The notes under the pieces: generated by a model
Databases searched by the model: none
What the model saw: the letters and a program-made list of their open reading frames with translations, nothing else
What the model was told of the DNA's origin: nothing
Shown: one piece after another, positions 29,406 through 41,473 of the stretch
How the letters are laid out: each line of letters opens with the position of its first letter
Numbering within the stretch: the first letter of the stretch is position 1
DNA from: an uncultured Acidobacteriota bacterium
GTDB lineage: Bacteria; Acidobacteriota; Vicinamibacteria; Vicinamibacterales; 2-12-FULL-66-21
NCBI GenBank assembly: GCA_963740275.1
Contig: CAVUDT010000004.1
Span: 638,247 to 702,246 of the forward strand
DNA length: 64,000 bases
Direction: 5' to 3'
Program-made: the position numbers and the translations under genes

Positions 29406-30421
29406 ACCTGGCGGTCCATCCGGCGCGTCACGGCGCCGTACACGTCATCCACGCTGATTCGCTTCATGCAGCGGTGATCGATCGGGCACTCCCGCAGCAT
29501 GCATGGCCGGCAGAAGACCTGGTGGAGGATCACATCGTGGTCGCCGATCGGCGCCGTTTCCCGTTCGTTCGTCGGGCCGAAAATCGCCGTGACCGGTACA
29601 CCGACCGCGGCCGCGACGTGCATCGCGCCGGAATCGTTCGAGACGAACGCCCGGCACGCCTCGAGCACCCCGAGCAGCAACCGCAGATCGGTCCGGCCGA
29701 TCAGGTTGGTGACCTTCACGTCCGGCGGCAGCGTGGATTCTATCGCACGGCCGGCTTCGCGATCGGCCGCGGCGCCGACCAGCACGCAGGCCGCGCCCCG
29801 TTCACGAACGACCCGGACGGCGACCTCCGCCACGCGGTCGGTAGGCCAGCGCTTGGCGTGGCCGTAGGCCGCGCCCGGGGCAAATCCGACGATGGTGGAC
29901 CCTGGCGCGATCCCACATGCTTCGAACAGCCGCGATGCACGCTCACGGGTAACGCCGGTGACCGTGATTCGCGGCGGCGCCGCCGGCGCGTCCATGCCCA
30001 GCCCTCGTACGAGCTCGAGGTAATACTCCGACTGGTGCAGCCCACGGCGCGGCCTCGCCACCACCCGGGTCAGCAGCGGCCCTCGTCCGCCCGCCGCGTA
30101 TCCCCAGCGCGCGGGGATGCCGGCTCGCCTTGCCGTCCACGCAGTGCGAAACGAGTTGGTGAGAAGCAGCGCGGTGTCGAAGCTCCCCTCGCGCAGCTGC
30201 TTCGTTTCCTTGTCCTTGTCGAGGACGATGATCTGTTGCGGGCGGACGCCGGTCTGCTCTTCGAAGATCGGCGTCACCGCTGCCGTCCCGGCGACGGCCA
30301 GGTGTGCCTCCGGGAACATCGATCGTACCGACGCCAGCGCCGGGAGCGCCATGACCACATCCCCCAGCCAGTTCGGCAGCCGGACGAGCAGGCGATGAGG
30401 CGGCGCGTCAGCCCTGGTCAT
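29402..30421 (-). CDS. waaF: ADP-heptose:LPS heptosyltransferase II (GT9)
   Basis: Frame of ORF 29402..30466, start at ATG 30421. LLVRLPNWLGDVVMALPAL, NDSGAMHVAAAVGVPVTAIFGPT, CRPCMLRECPIDHRCM. Confidence 0.8.
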   Translation of the reverse strand: MTRADAPPHRLLVRLPNWLGDVVMALPALASVRSMFPEAHLAVAGTAAVTPIFEEQTGVRPQQIIVLDKDKETKQLREGSFDTALLLTNSFRTAWTARRAGIPARWGYAAGGRGPLLTRVVARPRRGLHQSEYYLELVRGLGMDAPAAPPRITVTGVTRERASRLFEACGIAPGSTIVGFAPGAAYGHAKRWPTDRVAEVAVRVVRERGAACVLVGAAADREAGRAIESTLPPDVKVTNLIGRTDLRLLLGVLEACRAFVSNDSGAMHVAAAVGVPVTAIFGPTNERETAPIGDHDVILHQVFCRPCMLRECPIDHRCMKRISVDDVYGAVTRRMDRQV

Positions 30422-31367
30422 CCACCTCGGCCTCCACCCGGCCGGCCGGGAACATCGGTCCGACACGATCGGACGCGGGGACGTCGCGCCACCGGCGGTG
30501 CATCCACAGCCACAGCTCGGGATAGCGGCGCACGTACATCTCGAGGACGTCGGTGCAGCGCTGCGTGAACTCGCGGATCGCCCCCTCGCTGTCAGCGGAC
30601 GGCGGCTCCACCGGATGCTCGTAGACCATCCGGAACCGGCCGCCCGGCAGCGGCAGCGCGAACACCGGCACCACCGGGGCGCCGGTCTTGAGGGCGAGCG
30701 CCGCGAGCGCCGAGGTGGTGGCCGCCGGACGGTTGAAGAAGTCGACGTAGACGGCGTCCGCGCTCAGCATGTGCTGATCGATCAGCACGGCAACCGCGTG
30801 GTTCGAACCGAGGGCGCGCAGCACCCGCCGGATCGCTCCCTGGCGGTAGATGACGCCATTCCCGGTCGAGCGCCGCACGCGCTCGAGCAGGTCGTGCAGC
30901 AGCGGGTTGTCGAGCGGGCGGGCCAGCACCGACATCGGCTCGATCGTCAGGGCGTGCACCAGGGCGTTGATCTCCCAGAAGCCGAAATGTCCGGTGAACA
31001 GCAGCACGCCGCGTCCCTGGGCATGGGCCGCGCGCACCCGCTCCTCGCCATCGAACTCGACGAGCGCCAGCATCTGCTTCGGCGTAAGGGTGCTGAACTT
31101 CAGCAGGACCATCAGCAGCCGGCCGAAGTGCTCGAACATCCGCCGCGTGATCACCTTGCATTCGGCCCGGGACCGGAGCGGAAAGGCATGCCGCAGGTTC
31201 TCGACCGCGAGCCGCCGGTGCCCGCCGTCGATCGCGTGGAACGCCCGCCCCAGCAGCGACCCGGCCCCGAGCACCGCCCGCATCGGCAGCACGCGGACGA
31301 ATGCAACCACCGCGGCGACCGCCGCGTACTCGGCGCGATGCCGGAACGAGGGGGGCGGCTCAGGCAA
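30408..31367 (-). CDS. Lipid A biosynthesis late acyltransferase (LpxL/HtrB family)
   Basis: 319-aa ORF (TTG start). LLFTGHFGFWE (HX4E-type acyltransferase motif). N-terminal TM segment. Confidence 0.8.
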   Translation of the reverse strand: MPEPPPSFRHRAEYAAVAAVVAFVRVLPMRAVLGAGSLLGRAFHAIDGGHRRLAVENLRHAFPLRSRAECKVITRRMFEHFGRLLMVLLKFSTLTPKQMLALVEFDGEERVRAAHAQGRGVLLFTGHFGFWEINALVHALTIEPMSVLARPLDNPLLHDLLERVRRSTGNGVIYRQGAIRRVLRALGSNHAVAVLIDQHMLSADAVYVDFFNRPAATTSALAALALKTGAPVVPVFALPLPGGRFRMVYEHPVEPPSADSEGAIREFTQRCTDVLEMYVRRYPELWLWMHRRWRDVPASDRVGPMFPAGRVEAEVDDQG

Positions 31368-32344
31368 GGACGATGTCGCGGGCGGCGGCCATGGAGGTGA
31401 CGAGCCACTGGCGGAACTCCCCCGCCGGCTCAGGCTCCATTGTAAGGGGCACCCATGCCACCGGCACCGGGAACGGACGGTGAGGGAGGAGGCGGACGTA
31501 GTCCTTCTCGGTGGTCACGACGGCCGAAGCCCCGGCCCGTTTCGCCTCGCCGAAGATCCCCAGGACGTCCCGGCTCGAGTACGCGTGGTGGTCGGCGAAG
31601 GTCTTCTCGGCCACCACCGTCCACCCGGCGGTCCGCACGGCGGCGAGAAAGGGTTGCGGGTCGGCGATGCCGGCGAGGGCGAGAACGGTTCGGGATCCGT
31701 CATCGCCGCCGGGGGGGTCGAAGACCGCGGCGGCAGTCCTGCCGGCGGGCGCGGAAGACCGGGCCATGGCTCGCCGGCACATCCCCATCGTCTATCGCGA
31801 CGATCGCGTCGGCGGCCACCAGCACGTCGGCCGGCTCGCGCAGCCGGCCGCTGGGGAGGGTCGGGCCGCCGGCAAGATCGGCGGCCGCCACCAGCACGAT
31901 ATCGATGTCACGATCCAGCTGAAGATGCTGGAACCCATCGTCCAGCAGGTGAACCGTGGCGCCGAGATGATGTTCGGCCAGGTGGCCGGCAATGAACCGG
32001 TCGGCCGAGACCATCACGATGGCGCCGGGGAGCTGGCGCGCGAGCATGAAGGGCTCGTCGCCGGAGCGGGCGAGATCGGCGCGCAGCCCGTGCGCGTCCC
32101 GGACGATGACCACGCCGTCTTCCGGGTGGGTGCGCGCGTAACCGCGGCTGAGGATCGCCGGCCGCTCGCCGAGCTCCATGAGCAGCCGGGCGATGGTGGC
32201 GGTGAAGGGCGTCTTGCCGCGTCCGCCGGCGGCGATGTTGCCGATGCTGATGACCGGCTGCCGCAGCCGACGCCGCGCGTCCGGCCGCGCCGCGTACCAC
32301 TCGCGCCGCCGCCGCGCCACCGCCGCATAGATCGTGGAGAGCAC
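31360..32344 (-). pseudogene. lpxK: Tetraacyldisaccharide 4'-kinase LpxK, frame disrupted as sequenced
   Basis: ORFs 31700..32344 (VISIGNIAAGGRGKTPF P-loop, LLDDGFQH) and 31360..31788 (LALAGIADPQPF, TEKDYVRL). The frames join near 31725-31760, consistent with a 1-nt insertion. Confidence 0.85.
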
Positions 32345-32355
32345 CTCGGGTGCGT

Positions 32356-33690
32356 CTACTTCATCGCCCTGAACGCCCGGACGTTGCCGAGCCCCTCGGG
32401 CCTGAGCAACTGCGCGATCGCGTCGAGGCTCTTCAGGCGGGCGCCGCGATTGGCTTCGACCAGGGCGCGGGCGGCGGCGCCGAGGCTGGCCCGGCGCACC
32501 GGATCGTTCAGCAGATCGACGAGAACGGTCTCGAGATCACGGGGGTTTCGCACTTCGACCGCGGCGCCGTTGTCGAGAAAGGTTCGCGCGATCTCGGCGA
32601 AGTTCTGCATGTAGGGACCAAAGATGATTGGCTTGCCGAACACCGCCGGTTCGAGGATATTGTGGCCCCCGCTGTCGACCAGGCTGCCGCCGACGAACAC
32701 CACGGTCGCGACCTGGAACAGCTGGGCGAGCTCGCCGATGGTATCGAGGACCACGACGTCCTCGCGCGGTTCGGCATCGACGCGGAGCTCGCTGCGGCGG
32801 GCAACGTGCCATCCCGACCGCCGCGCGAGCCGTTCCACCTCGTCGAACCGTTCGGGCTTGCGCGGGGCGATGATCAGCAGCGCGCCGGGCCGGGTCGAGC
32901 GCACCCGCTGAAAGGCCTCGAGTACCGGCTCCTCCTCCCCCTTGAGGGTGCTGGCGGCGATGACGACCGGCCGGTCCGGAGCGAGGCGGAAGTAGCGAAG
33001 CACGCGGTTGCGCCCCCGGTCGGTGGTGGCCACCGCCCCGGGGATCTCGAGCGAGTCGAACTTGAGCGAGCCGGTGACGGTGACCCGGGCGGGGTCGGCC
33101 CCCATGTCGATGATGCGGCGGGCCGACTCTTCCCCCTGCATGCAGAAACGGTCGACGTGGGCGAGCACGTGCTTGAACAGCGGCCGGGCGAGGCGGTACC
33201 GCGGATAGGAGCGCGCCGAGATCCGGCCGTTGACGAGCAGGGTCCGGACCCCGGCGGCGCGGCAGGCGCGCAGCAGGTTCGGCCACAGCTCCGTTTCCAT
33301 CATGATGAAGAGCCGCGGCCGGACCAGCCGCAGCGTCCGCTTGACGATGAAGCCGAAGTCGAACGGAAAGTAGAAGACCTCGTCCACGTACTGGAGGTTG
33401 TTGCGGGCGACCTGGTGCCCGGTGATGGTGGTGGTCGAGAGAAAGATCCGCAGGCGCGGGTAGCGCTCGCGCAGCTCCTGCAGCAGCGCCCGGGCGGTCA
33501 GCACCTCGCCGACCGACACCGCGTGGATCCAGATCGACTCGTCGCCATCGAGGTTGAACGACACCGGCAGGATCCCGAGCCGCTGCGGCAGGCTGGTGAC
33601 GTACTTCCGGTAGCGGATCGCCTGGTACAGCAAGTACGGCGACATGACCACGAAAAAGAGGACGATCAGAACGCTGTAAAGCGCATACAT
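32356..33690 (-). CDS. waaA: 3-deoxy-D-manno-octulosonic acid (Kdo) transferase
   Basis: 444-aa ORF. N-terminal TM segment. IWIHAVSVGEVLTARALLQEL and C-terminal GGSLVDSGGHNILEPA. Confidence 0.9.
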   Translation of the reverse strand: MYALYSVLIVLFFVVMSPYLLYQAIRYRKYVTSLPQRLGILPVSFNLDGDESIWIHAVSVGEVLTARALLQELRERYPRLRIFLSTTTITGHQVARNNLQYVDEVFYFPFDFGFIVKRTLRLVRPRLFIMMETELWPNLLRACRAAGVRTLLVNGRISARSYPRYRLARPLFKHVLAHVDRFCMQGEESARRIIDMGADPARVTVTGSLKFDSLEIPGAVATTDRGRNRVLRYFRLAPDRPVVIAASTLKGEEEPVLEAFQRVRSTRPGALLIIAPRKPERFDEVERLARRSGWHVARRSELRVDAEPREDVVVLDTIGELAQLFQVATVVFVGGSLVDSGGHNILEPAVFGKPIIFGPYMQNFAEIARTFLDNGAAVEVRNPRDLETVLVDLLNDPVRRASLGAAARALVEANRGARLKSLDAIAQLLRPEGLGNVRAFRAMK

Positions 33691-33761
33691 GAAGGATGAC
33701 GAGGTTTACACACCGAAGCGGCAAAGGCGCGAAGGTGGTGTTACGAGAATGTAGCCGCGGT

Positions 33762-34831
<1,070 letters not shown>

Positions 34832-34832
<1 letters not shown>

Positions 34833-35972
34833 TGCGCAGCGTCAAGGAGATGGACCTGCGCGGCAAGCGCGTGTTCATCCGGGTCGATTTCAACGTCCCG
34901 ATGAAGAATGGGGCGATCACCGACGACACCCGGATCCGGGCATCGCTGCCGACCATCGAGTACGTGCTCGGGCAGGGGGCCAGGACCGTCATCCTTGCCT
35001 CCCACCTCGGGCCGGCCGAAGGGGAAGCCCAACCCGGAGTTCTCGCTCAAACCGGTCGCGACCCACCTCTCGGAGCTGCTGGGCAAGCCGGTCGCCTTCG
35101 ACCAACCGTCGGCAGAGGGGGTCGTGCTGCTCGAAAACCTCCGGTTCGACCCGCGCGAGGAGGCCAACGACCCGGCGTTCGCCGCCGAGCTGGCGGCGAT
35201 GGCCGACGTCTACGTCAACGACGCGTTCGGGTCGGCGCATCGGGCGCACGCATCGACCGAGGGGATCGTGCGGCACGTGAAGGAGTCGGGGGCGGGCCTG
35301 CTGATGGCGGCCGAGGTCGAGTATCTCGGCCGGGTGCTCGAGGCGCCGGACCGTCCGTTCGTCGCGATCCTCGGCGGCGCCAAGGTGTCGGACAAGCTCG
35401 AGGTCATCCAGAACCTCGTCCCACGCGTCGACGCGCTGCTGATCGGCGGCGCCATGGCCTACACGTTTTTCAAGGCGCGCGGGATGCACGTCGGCAAGTC
35501 GCTGGTGGAGGAGGACCTGCTCGACGCCGCGCGGGAGGTCGAGGAGCAGGCCCGGCAAAGAGAACTCCGTTTCGAGCTTCCGCTCGATCACGTGACGGCA
35601 CCCAAACTCGAGGCCGGGGCGCCCGCCGAAGTACTCGACGTGGCGGATCCGGCGATTGGCGATAGGATGGGGCTCGATATCGGGCCTCGAACCATCGCCC
35701 GCTACACCGAGGTCATCCGCACCGCCCGGACAGTCATCTGGAACGGGCCGATGGGCGTTTTCGAGATCGATGCCTTTGCCGCCGGCACGATCGCCGTGGC
35801 GAAGGCGGTCGCCGGCGTCAAAGGGACCACGATCATCGGCGGCGGTGACTCGATCGCGGCCGTGGCCAAGGCCGGGGTCACCGATCGGATCACGCACATC
35901 TCGACCGGCGGCGGCGCGTCGCTGGAGTTTCTCGGCGGACGCAAGCTGCCCGGAGTCGTAGCGCTGGGATGA
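34832..35972 (+). pseudogene. pgk: Phosphoglycerate kinase, frame disrupted as sequenced
   Basis: N-terminal part: GTG 34832 (V)[22 protein letters not shown]...ILASHLG, in the frame of ORF 34076. The rest is in ORF 34908..35972 ([16 protein letters not shown]...GGGDS...STGGGASLEF). Observed ctcgggccgg (GGG at 35009-35011). Removing one G restores SHLGRPKG. Confidence 0.9.
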
Positions 35973-35999
35973 TCCCCGAGGTTGTTCCGAGGTCAATCA

Positions 36000-36767
36000 A
36001 TGCGAACGCCTTTTCTCGCGGCGAACTGGAAGATGTTCAAGACCGTCCACGAGGCGGTCGTCTACATCAAGGAGTTTCGCAGCCTCGTCAAGGATGTCAC
36101 CGACGTGGAGATCGTCGTGGCGGCGCCGTTCACGGCGCTGCACGCCGCCGCCGAGGCGGCGCGCAACTCCCCCGTCGCCATCGCCGCGCAGGACGTGCAC
36201 TGGGAGCGTGAAGGGGCGTTCACCGGCGAGATCAGCGCCGCGATGGTCAAGGAGGCCGGAGCCGAGTTCGTGGTCATCGGCCACAGCGAGCGCCGCCGGC
36301 TGTTCCAGGAAACCGACGAGACCGTGAACCGCAAGCTGCTCGCGACCCTGGCGGCGGAGATGACGCCGATCGTCTGCATCGGCGAGACGCTGGAGGAGCG
36401 CGAGGCCGGCCGCACCCTCGAGGTCCTCGACCGCCAGATCAAGCTCGGGCTCGACGGCCTCGCCGGCGACCAGGTCGGCTCGCTGGTCATCGCCTACGAA
36501 CCGGTCTGGGCGATCGGCACCGGACGCAACGCCACCCCGCAGCAGGCGGGCGAAGCCCACGCGCACATCCGGTCGCGGCTGCGGCAGTGGTTCGGCGGCG
36601 CCGCGGCCGACCACGCTCACGTGATCTATGGCGGAAGCGTGAAGCCGGACAACATCCACGAGCTCATCCTGCTGCCGGACGTGGACGGGGCGCTGGTAGG
36701 CGGAGCCAGCCTGGACGTCCGCGCCTTTTTCGATATCGTCGCCCGGAGCCGGCAAAGCGCCGTCTGA
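36000..36767 (+). CDS. tpiA: Triosephosphate isomerase
   Basis: MRTPFLAANWKM, IGHSERR, AYEPVWAIGTG, YGGSVKP. Confidence 0.95.
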   Translation: MRTPFLAANWKMFKTVHEAVVYIKEFRSLVKDVTDVEIVVAAPFTALHAAAEAARNSPVAIAAQDVHWEREGAFTGEISAAMVKEAGAEFVVIGHSERRRLFQETDETVNRKLLATLAAEMTPIVCIGETLEEREAGRTLEVLDRQIKLGLDGLAGDQVGSLVIAYEPVWAIGTGRNATPQQAGEAHAHIRSRLRQWFGGAAADHAHVIYGGSVKPDNIHELILLPDVDGALVGGASLDVRAFFDIVARSRQSAV

Positions 36768-36788
36768 TCGTCGATCGATCCGGTGTTT

Positions 36789-36879
36789 CTTGAACAGGAG
36801 TTCAGGAGTTCAGGAGAACTCTCTCTCAGAACTGTTCCCTTGAACTCTTGACCTCATGTAGAAAGTCAGCACCCGGGAC
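36789..36879. repeat. Solo copy (about 90 nt) of the AGGAG/CAGGAG-rich intergenic element family
   Basis: cttgaacaggagttcaggagttcaggagaactctctctcagaactgttcccttgaactcttgacctcatgtagaaagtcagcacccgggac. Aligns along its length with 41474-41562 in the same orientation, and its 5' half aligns with the 3471-3950 units. Confidence 0.65.
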
Positions 36880-36888
36880 CGCGCCGCC

Positions 36889-39354
36889 ATGCCGTTTCTC
36901 CCCGAGAGCATCGTCCACGCCCTCCGGTTCTGTCGCCGCGACCCATCGGTTGCTGCCCCGGCGGTAGCGATTCTGGCCCTCGGGCTCGGCGCCAACCTCG
37001 CGATCTTCGGCGTCGCGTACGCCGTCCTTCTCCGGCCGCTTCCTGTCGCTGACCAGCAGTCGCTGGTGATCATGTGGGAACGCGCCGAACAGCGGGGAGT
37101 CTCGGTCTGGGAGGTCTCCTACCCCAACTTCATCGACTGGGGATCGCGGAATCGGTCCTTCACTGATCTGGCTGCGACTGGCTCGATCAACTGGTCGCTT
37201 CGCCTGGTGCAGAGAGACGGGCCCGTCATCCTTCCCTTTGCCGCCGTTTCGGGCACGTTCTTCGACGTGTTGGGCGCACGGGCGGCGCTGGGCCGGACGC
37301 TGACGAGAGCGGACGATGCTCGGGGGAGCCCGGGGGTCGCAGTTCTCAGCGACGAAACGTGGCGAAATCAGTTCCAGGCGGACCCGGGCGTAGTCGGCCG
37401 GACGGCGATGATGGACGACGGTGCGGGCCCATCTGCGGTGACGATCGTCGGCGTGATGGCGCCGGAATTCGACTATCCACGCGGAGCCGCACTGTGGTTG
37501 CCGATCGCGCCCACGCTCGCGCGACTCTCTGTTGCAGAGGGCTACGACATGCTGGCGGCCCGCGATCTCGGGATTCTGTACGTCCTCGGACGCCTGAGAC
37601 CCGGTGTCACCCTGGCCCAGGCACAGGCCGACATGGACACTCTCGTCGAAGGCCTGACTGGGACGGGGAAGCCCGGAACCGGCCGGTCCAGCGTCGTGAC
37701 GCCGCTCGCCGATCACATCTTCGGACAGACACGTCCGGCGCTGCTCCTGCTCATGGCCGCCGCCGCAGTTGTGCTGTTGCTGGCCTGCGCGAATGTGATC
37801 GGATTGCTCCTCGCCCGGCAGTCGGCGAAGCGTCGTGAGCTGGCGATTCAGATCGCGCTGGGCGCGGATCGGTGGCGCCTGATACGGCAGTCAGTCGCAG
37901 AAGGCGCGGCAGTGGTGGTTGCCGGGATGGCCGCCGCCGTCCTCCTCGCGTTCTGGTGCGTGCCGATCCTGACGGCAGTTGCGCCCGAAACCGTGCCGCG
38001 TCTCAATGAGGTCACCCTGCGGACGCCCATGCTCACCGCGTTCGGCCTGGGAATCGGTGTGCTGGCGGCTCTCGCGTGCGGCATCTTCCCCGCCGTCGTC
38101 ATAGGACGGACTCCTGTGGGTCTTCTCCGACGTGAGGAAGCGACGATCCGGCCGACGTCGCCCATGGTCCGCAATGGCCTGCTGGTTGCTCAGACGGCGC
38201 TGGCAGTCGTGCTGCTCGTCGCCGCGATGTTGACGGTCCGGAGCTTTCACGCCATTCAACGAGTTCACCTCGGTTTCGATCCCGCCGACCTCGTGACTGT
38301 GGACGTGCTGGCGCCAGCCGGAACCTACGACAAACGCGAGACCAACACGCGGTTCTACCGGGAGGCGATCGATCGCGTCCGGCAGCTGCCCGGCGTCTCG
38401 GCGGTGGCCGGCATCTACCTGCGGCCATTTGAATTCGGACCGATCGGATCAGGTGTGGCGGTCGTGCTCGAAGGGCAATCGCCGCGCGACCGTGAGGCGT
38501 GGAGCATGAATCCGTCGCTCAACGCCGAAGCGATCACGCCCGACTACTTCAAGGTGATGAAGATTCCGATTGTGCAGGGACGTCCGTTCACCGATCGCGA
38601 TGCCGAAGGTGCACCTCCCGTGGTGATCGTCAGCCTGTCGGCTGCCCGCCGCCTCTGGCCCGGTCAGGATCCGATTGGCAAGCGACTCATCGCCAGCTAC
38701 GACCGCCCGGACGGGGACTGGCAGACAGTGGTCGGCGTAGCGGGGGATGCCCGATACCGGGGCCTGACAGAACCGACGTTCGATCTTTACAAGCCGTATC
38801 TGCAATCCGAAGACGCCGTCAAGCACCTCATCGTGCAGGGATCAGTGGACCCTTCGACTTTTCTTGGGCGGCTGCGATCGGAGATCCGTTCAGTGCACCC
38901 GGCGGCCGTAGTCGACGAGATCCGCCCGATGCGCGCGGTCGTCGACCGTCAGATGGCACCATGGCGCTTCGCGGCGCTGCTCTTTTCGTTGCTGGCCGTA
39001 CTCGGGGTAGTCGTGGCAGTGATCGGACTGTACGCGCTGCTCTCGCGTCAGGTAGCGGAACGCACGCGTGAGATTGGTATTCGAATCGCGCTGGGAGCGC
39101 ACCGCCAGCAGATCGTGCGATTCTTTGCCATGCTGACGGGCCGCGTCGTGGCGACAGGACTGCTCGTCGGTCTGATCGCCGCGTTCATCGCGAGCAGAAG
39201 CATGAACGCACTGCTTTTCGGCGTCGAGCCGACCGATGCTCTGACCTATACGCTCGTCTGCGCGCTCCTGATTCTTGCCGCGACCGCAGGAGCGTACTGG
39301 CCGATCCGCCGTGCGACGACTGTCGATCCCATTGTCGCGCTCAGGCGGGACTAA
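36889..39354 (+). CDS. ADOP-family ABC-type permease (duplicated MacB/FtsX-like, no ATPase domain)
   Basis: 821-aa intact ORF. N-terminal ALRFCRRDPSVAAPAVAILALGLGANLAIF. Two FtsX-type 4-TM modules. C-terminal RRATTVDPIVALRRD. Confidence 0.85.
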   Translation: MPFLPESIVHALRFCRRDPSVAAPAVAILALGLGANLAIFGVAYAVLLRPLPVADQQSLVIMWERAEQRGVSVWEVSYPNFIDWGSRNRSFTDLAATGSINWSLRLVQRDGPVILPFAAVSGTFFDVLGARAALGRTLTRADDARGSPGVAVLSDETWRNQFQADPGVVGRTAMMDDGAGPSAVTIVGVMAPEFDYPRGAALWLPIAPTLARLSVAEGYDMLAARDLGILYVLGRLRPGVTLAQAQADMDTLVEGLTGTGKPGTGRSSVVTPLADHIFGQTRPALLLLMAAAAVVLLLACANVIGLLLARQSAKRRELAIQIALGADRWRLIRQSVAEGAAVVVAGMAAAVLLAFWCVPILTAVAPETVPRLNEVTLRTPMLTAFGLGIGVLAALACGIFPAVVIGRTPVGLLRREEATIRPTSPMVRNGLLVAQTALAVVLLVAAMLTVRSFHAIQRVHLGFDPADLVTVDVLAPAGTYDKRETNTRFYREAIDRVRQLPGVSAVAGIYLRPFEFGPIGSGVAVVLEGQSPRDREAWSMNPSLNAEAITPDYFKVMKIPIVQGRPFTDRDAEGAPPVVIVSLSAARRLWPGQDPIGKRLIASYDRPDGDWQTVVGVAGDARYRGLTEPTFDLYKPYLQSEDAVKHLIVQGSVDPSTFLGRLRSEIRSVHPAAVVDEIRPMRAVVDRQMAPWRFAALLFSLLAVLGVVVAVIGLYALLSRQVAERTREIGIRIALGAHRQQIVRFFAMLTGRVVATGLLVGLIAAFIASRSMNALLFGVEPTDALTYTLVCALLILAATAGAYWPIRRATTVDPIVALRRD

Positions 39355-39392
39355 AGGAGGTACTCCGCGCGCGCTGTGGTACAAGGTGCGGC

Positions 39393-41408
39393 ATGCGCAT
39401 CAAGATTTTTGTGCTGTTCGCCGCTTCGCTGCTTTGGCCGCTTGCCACGCTCGCGCAGGTGCCGGTCGAAAGGCCCGATCGGGTTGCACCACGCGCTCGC
39501 CAGGCCGTGCCGGTGGCGCATCCACTCGACCCGCTCACCGCCCGGGAGATCACCGTGGCGGTGCAGGCGCTGAGGGCGCATCCGCAGGTGCCGGCCGGCT
39601 CCCTGTTTCCCTCGATTGCGTTGAGCGAGCCGCCGAAGCAGTACGTGCGCGATTACCGATCGGGCACCCCTGTCCGCCGCGAGGCGTTCGCACTGGTTTT
39701 CGACCGGCCAGGCAACCGCACGTTCGAAGCCATCGTCGATCTGGGAACCCGCGCCGTCACGTCGATGAAGCAGATCGAAGGCGCCCAGCCCGCGATCACC
39801 TTCGAGGAGCTCGACCGGGTTCCGGCCCTGGTCCGCGCCGACGCCGCGTGGCAGGCCGCCATGCGCAGCCGGGGCATCACGAACTTCGCCGAGGTCCACG
39901 TCGACCCGTGGGCGCCGGGCCTGCTCGATCCCAAAACCGAACCGCGGACGATCCGGTGGGCGCGTGCGCTCTCCTATCTCAAGGGACGGCAGAAGAACGT
40001 CTACGCCCGCCCGATCGAGGGCGTGGTCGCGATCGTCAACCTGACGACGATGGCCGTCGAGCGCGTGATCGACACGGGTGCGTTGCCGCTCCCGCCGCAG
40101 ACCGCGGATCTCGACGAGCGGTCGATCGGCCGGCAACGGGTCGCGCCGAAACCGCTGCGGGCCGTGCAGCCGCTCGGTCCGAGCTTCGAGGTGCGCGGCC
40201 AGGAAGTTCGCTGGCAGAAGTGGCGCTTTCGATTCTCCATCCACCCCCGCGAAGGCCTCGTTCTGCACACGGTCGGATACGAAGACGGCGGACGCGTGCG
40301 GCCCATTCTCTATCGGGCCTCCCTGTCGGAGATGCTGGTGCCGTACGGCGATCCGGCGTCGAACTGGAGCTTCCGTAACGCCTTCGACGAAGGGGAATAC
40401 GGCCTCGGCCGCCTGACCACCTCGATGGAAGTGGGCACCGACGCACCGTCTCACGCCCGGCTGTTCAGCGCCGTCTACGCCGACGACACGGGCAAGCCCG
40501 TAACCGTGCCGCGCGCCGTCGCGCTCTACGAACGTGACGGCGGCGTGCTGTGGAGGCATTTCGAGTACTACAGCGGCTCGACTGACGCGCGGCGCGCGCG
40601 CGAGCTGGTGCTGTTCACGGTGGTCACCGTCGGCAACTACGACTACGGGATCAACTGGATCTTCAGACAGGACGGCTCGCTGGAGATGCAGGGCGTCTTC
40701 ACCGGCATCATGCTCGCCAAAGGCGTCGCCGCCACCAAGGACGATCAGACGCATGCCGACGCGAGCCGCCACTCATGGCACCTGGTCGCGCCCAACGTGG
40801 CGGCCCCGCACCACCAGCACTTCCTGAACTTCCGGCTCGACCTGGACGTGGACGGTCCCGTGAACGCCGTCAGAGAAATCAACGCGCAGGCGGTGCCCGG
40901 TGGACCGGGAAATCCCGCCTACAACGCCTTCGAGATGGCGGAAACGGCGCTTCGCACCGAGCTCGAGGCGCGGCGTGATCTCAACCTGGCCTCCGCGCGC
41001 CGCTGGCTGATCGTCAATCCGGCCGAGCGCAACGCCCTGGGGCAGACGGCCGGCTACCTGCTCGTTCCGGGCGAGAACTCGACGCCCTACCTGCATCCCG
41101 AATCACCGATCCGCCGGCGCGGCGGGTTCATCGACCATCACTTCTGGGCCACGCCGTTCGACCCCGCCGAACAGCACGCCGCCGGCGAGTATCCGAATCA
41201 GAGCGAGCCCGGCGAAGGGCTGCCGAAGTGGACCGCGAAAGACCGCCCGCTCGAAGGACAAGACGTCGTCGCCTGGTACACCTTCGGCATCACGCATATT
41301 CCGCGCCCCGAGGAATGGCCGATCATGAGCGCGCAGACCGCCGGGTTCAAGCTGGTGCCGGTGAGCTTCTTTTCGAGGAATCCCGCGCTGGACGTCCCGA
41401 GGCGATGA
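39393..41408 (+). CDS. Copper amine oxidase (topaquinone-dependent primary-amine oxidase), secreted
   Basis: 671-aa ORF with signal peptide MRIKIFVLFAASLLWPLATLAQ. TPQ consensus VGNYDYG. Cu-binding HHQHF. C-terminal HIPRPEEWP. Confidence 0.9.
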   Translation: MRIKIFVLFAASLLWPLATLAQVPVERPDRVAPRARQAVPVAHPLDPLTAREITVAVQALRAHPQVPAGSLFPSIALSEPPKQYVRDYRSGTPVRREAFALVFDRPGNRTFEAIVDLGTRAVTSMKQIEGAQPAITFEELDRVPALVRADAAWQAAMRSRGITNFAEVHVDPWAPGLLDPKTEPRTIRWARALSYLKGRQKNVYARPIEGVVAIVNLTTMAVERVIDTGALPLPPQTADLDERSIGRQRVAPKPLRAVQPLGPSFEVRGQEVRWQKWRFRFSIHPREGLVLHTVGYEDGGRVRPILYRASLSEMLVPYGDPASNWSFRNAFDEGEYGLGRLTTSMEVGTDAPSHARLFSAVYADDTGKPVTVPRAVALYERDGGVLWRHFEYYSGSTDARRARELVLFTVVTVGNYDYGINWIFRQDGSLEMQGVFTGIMLAKGVAATKDDQTHADASRHSWHLVAPNVAAPHHQHFLNFRLDLDVDGPVNAVREINAQAVPGGPGNPAYNAFEMAETALRTELEARRDLNLASARRWLIVNPAERNALGQTAGYLLVPGENSTPYLHPESPIRRRGGFIDHHFWATPFDPAEQHAAGEYPNQSEPGEGLPKWTAKDRPLEGQDVVAWYTFGITHIPRPEEWPIMSAQTAGFKLVPVSFFSRNPALDVPRR

Positions 41409-41473
41409 CGCGCGCGGTTGACGAGAAGGTTGCGAGACGTCAGCGCCTTGGACCGCTGAGAAGCTTCGCTCGC

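Noticed and set aside
36839-36879. Sigma70 promoter inside the conserved repeat core (TTGAAC / TTGACC words)
   Set aside because: No acceptable -10 hexamer lies 16-19 nt downstream of either -35-like word. The homologous copy at 41523-41562 also has no downstream plus-strand gene.
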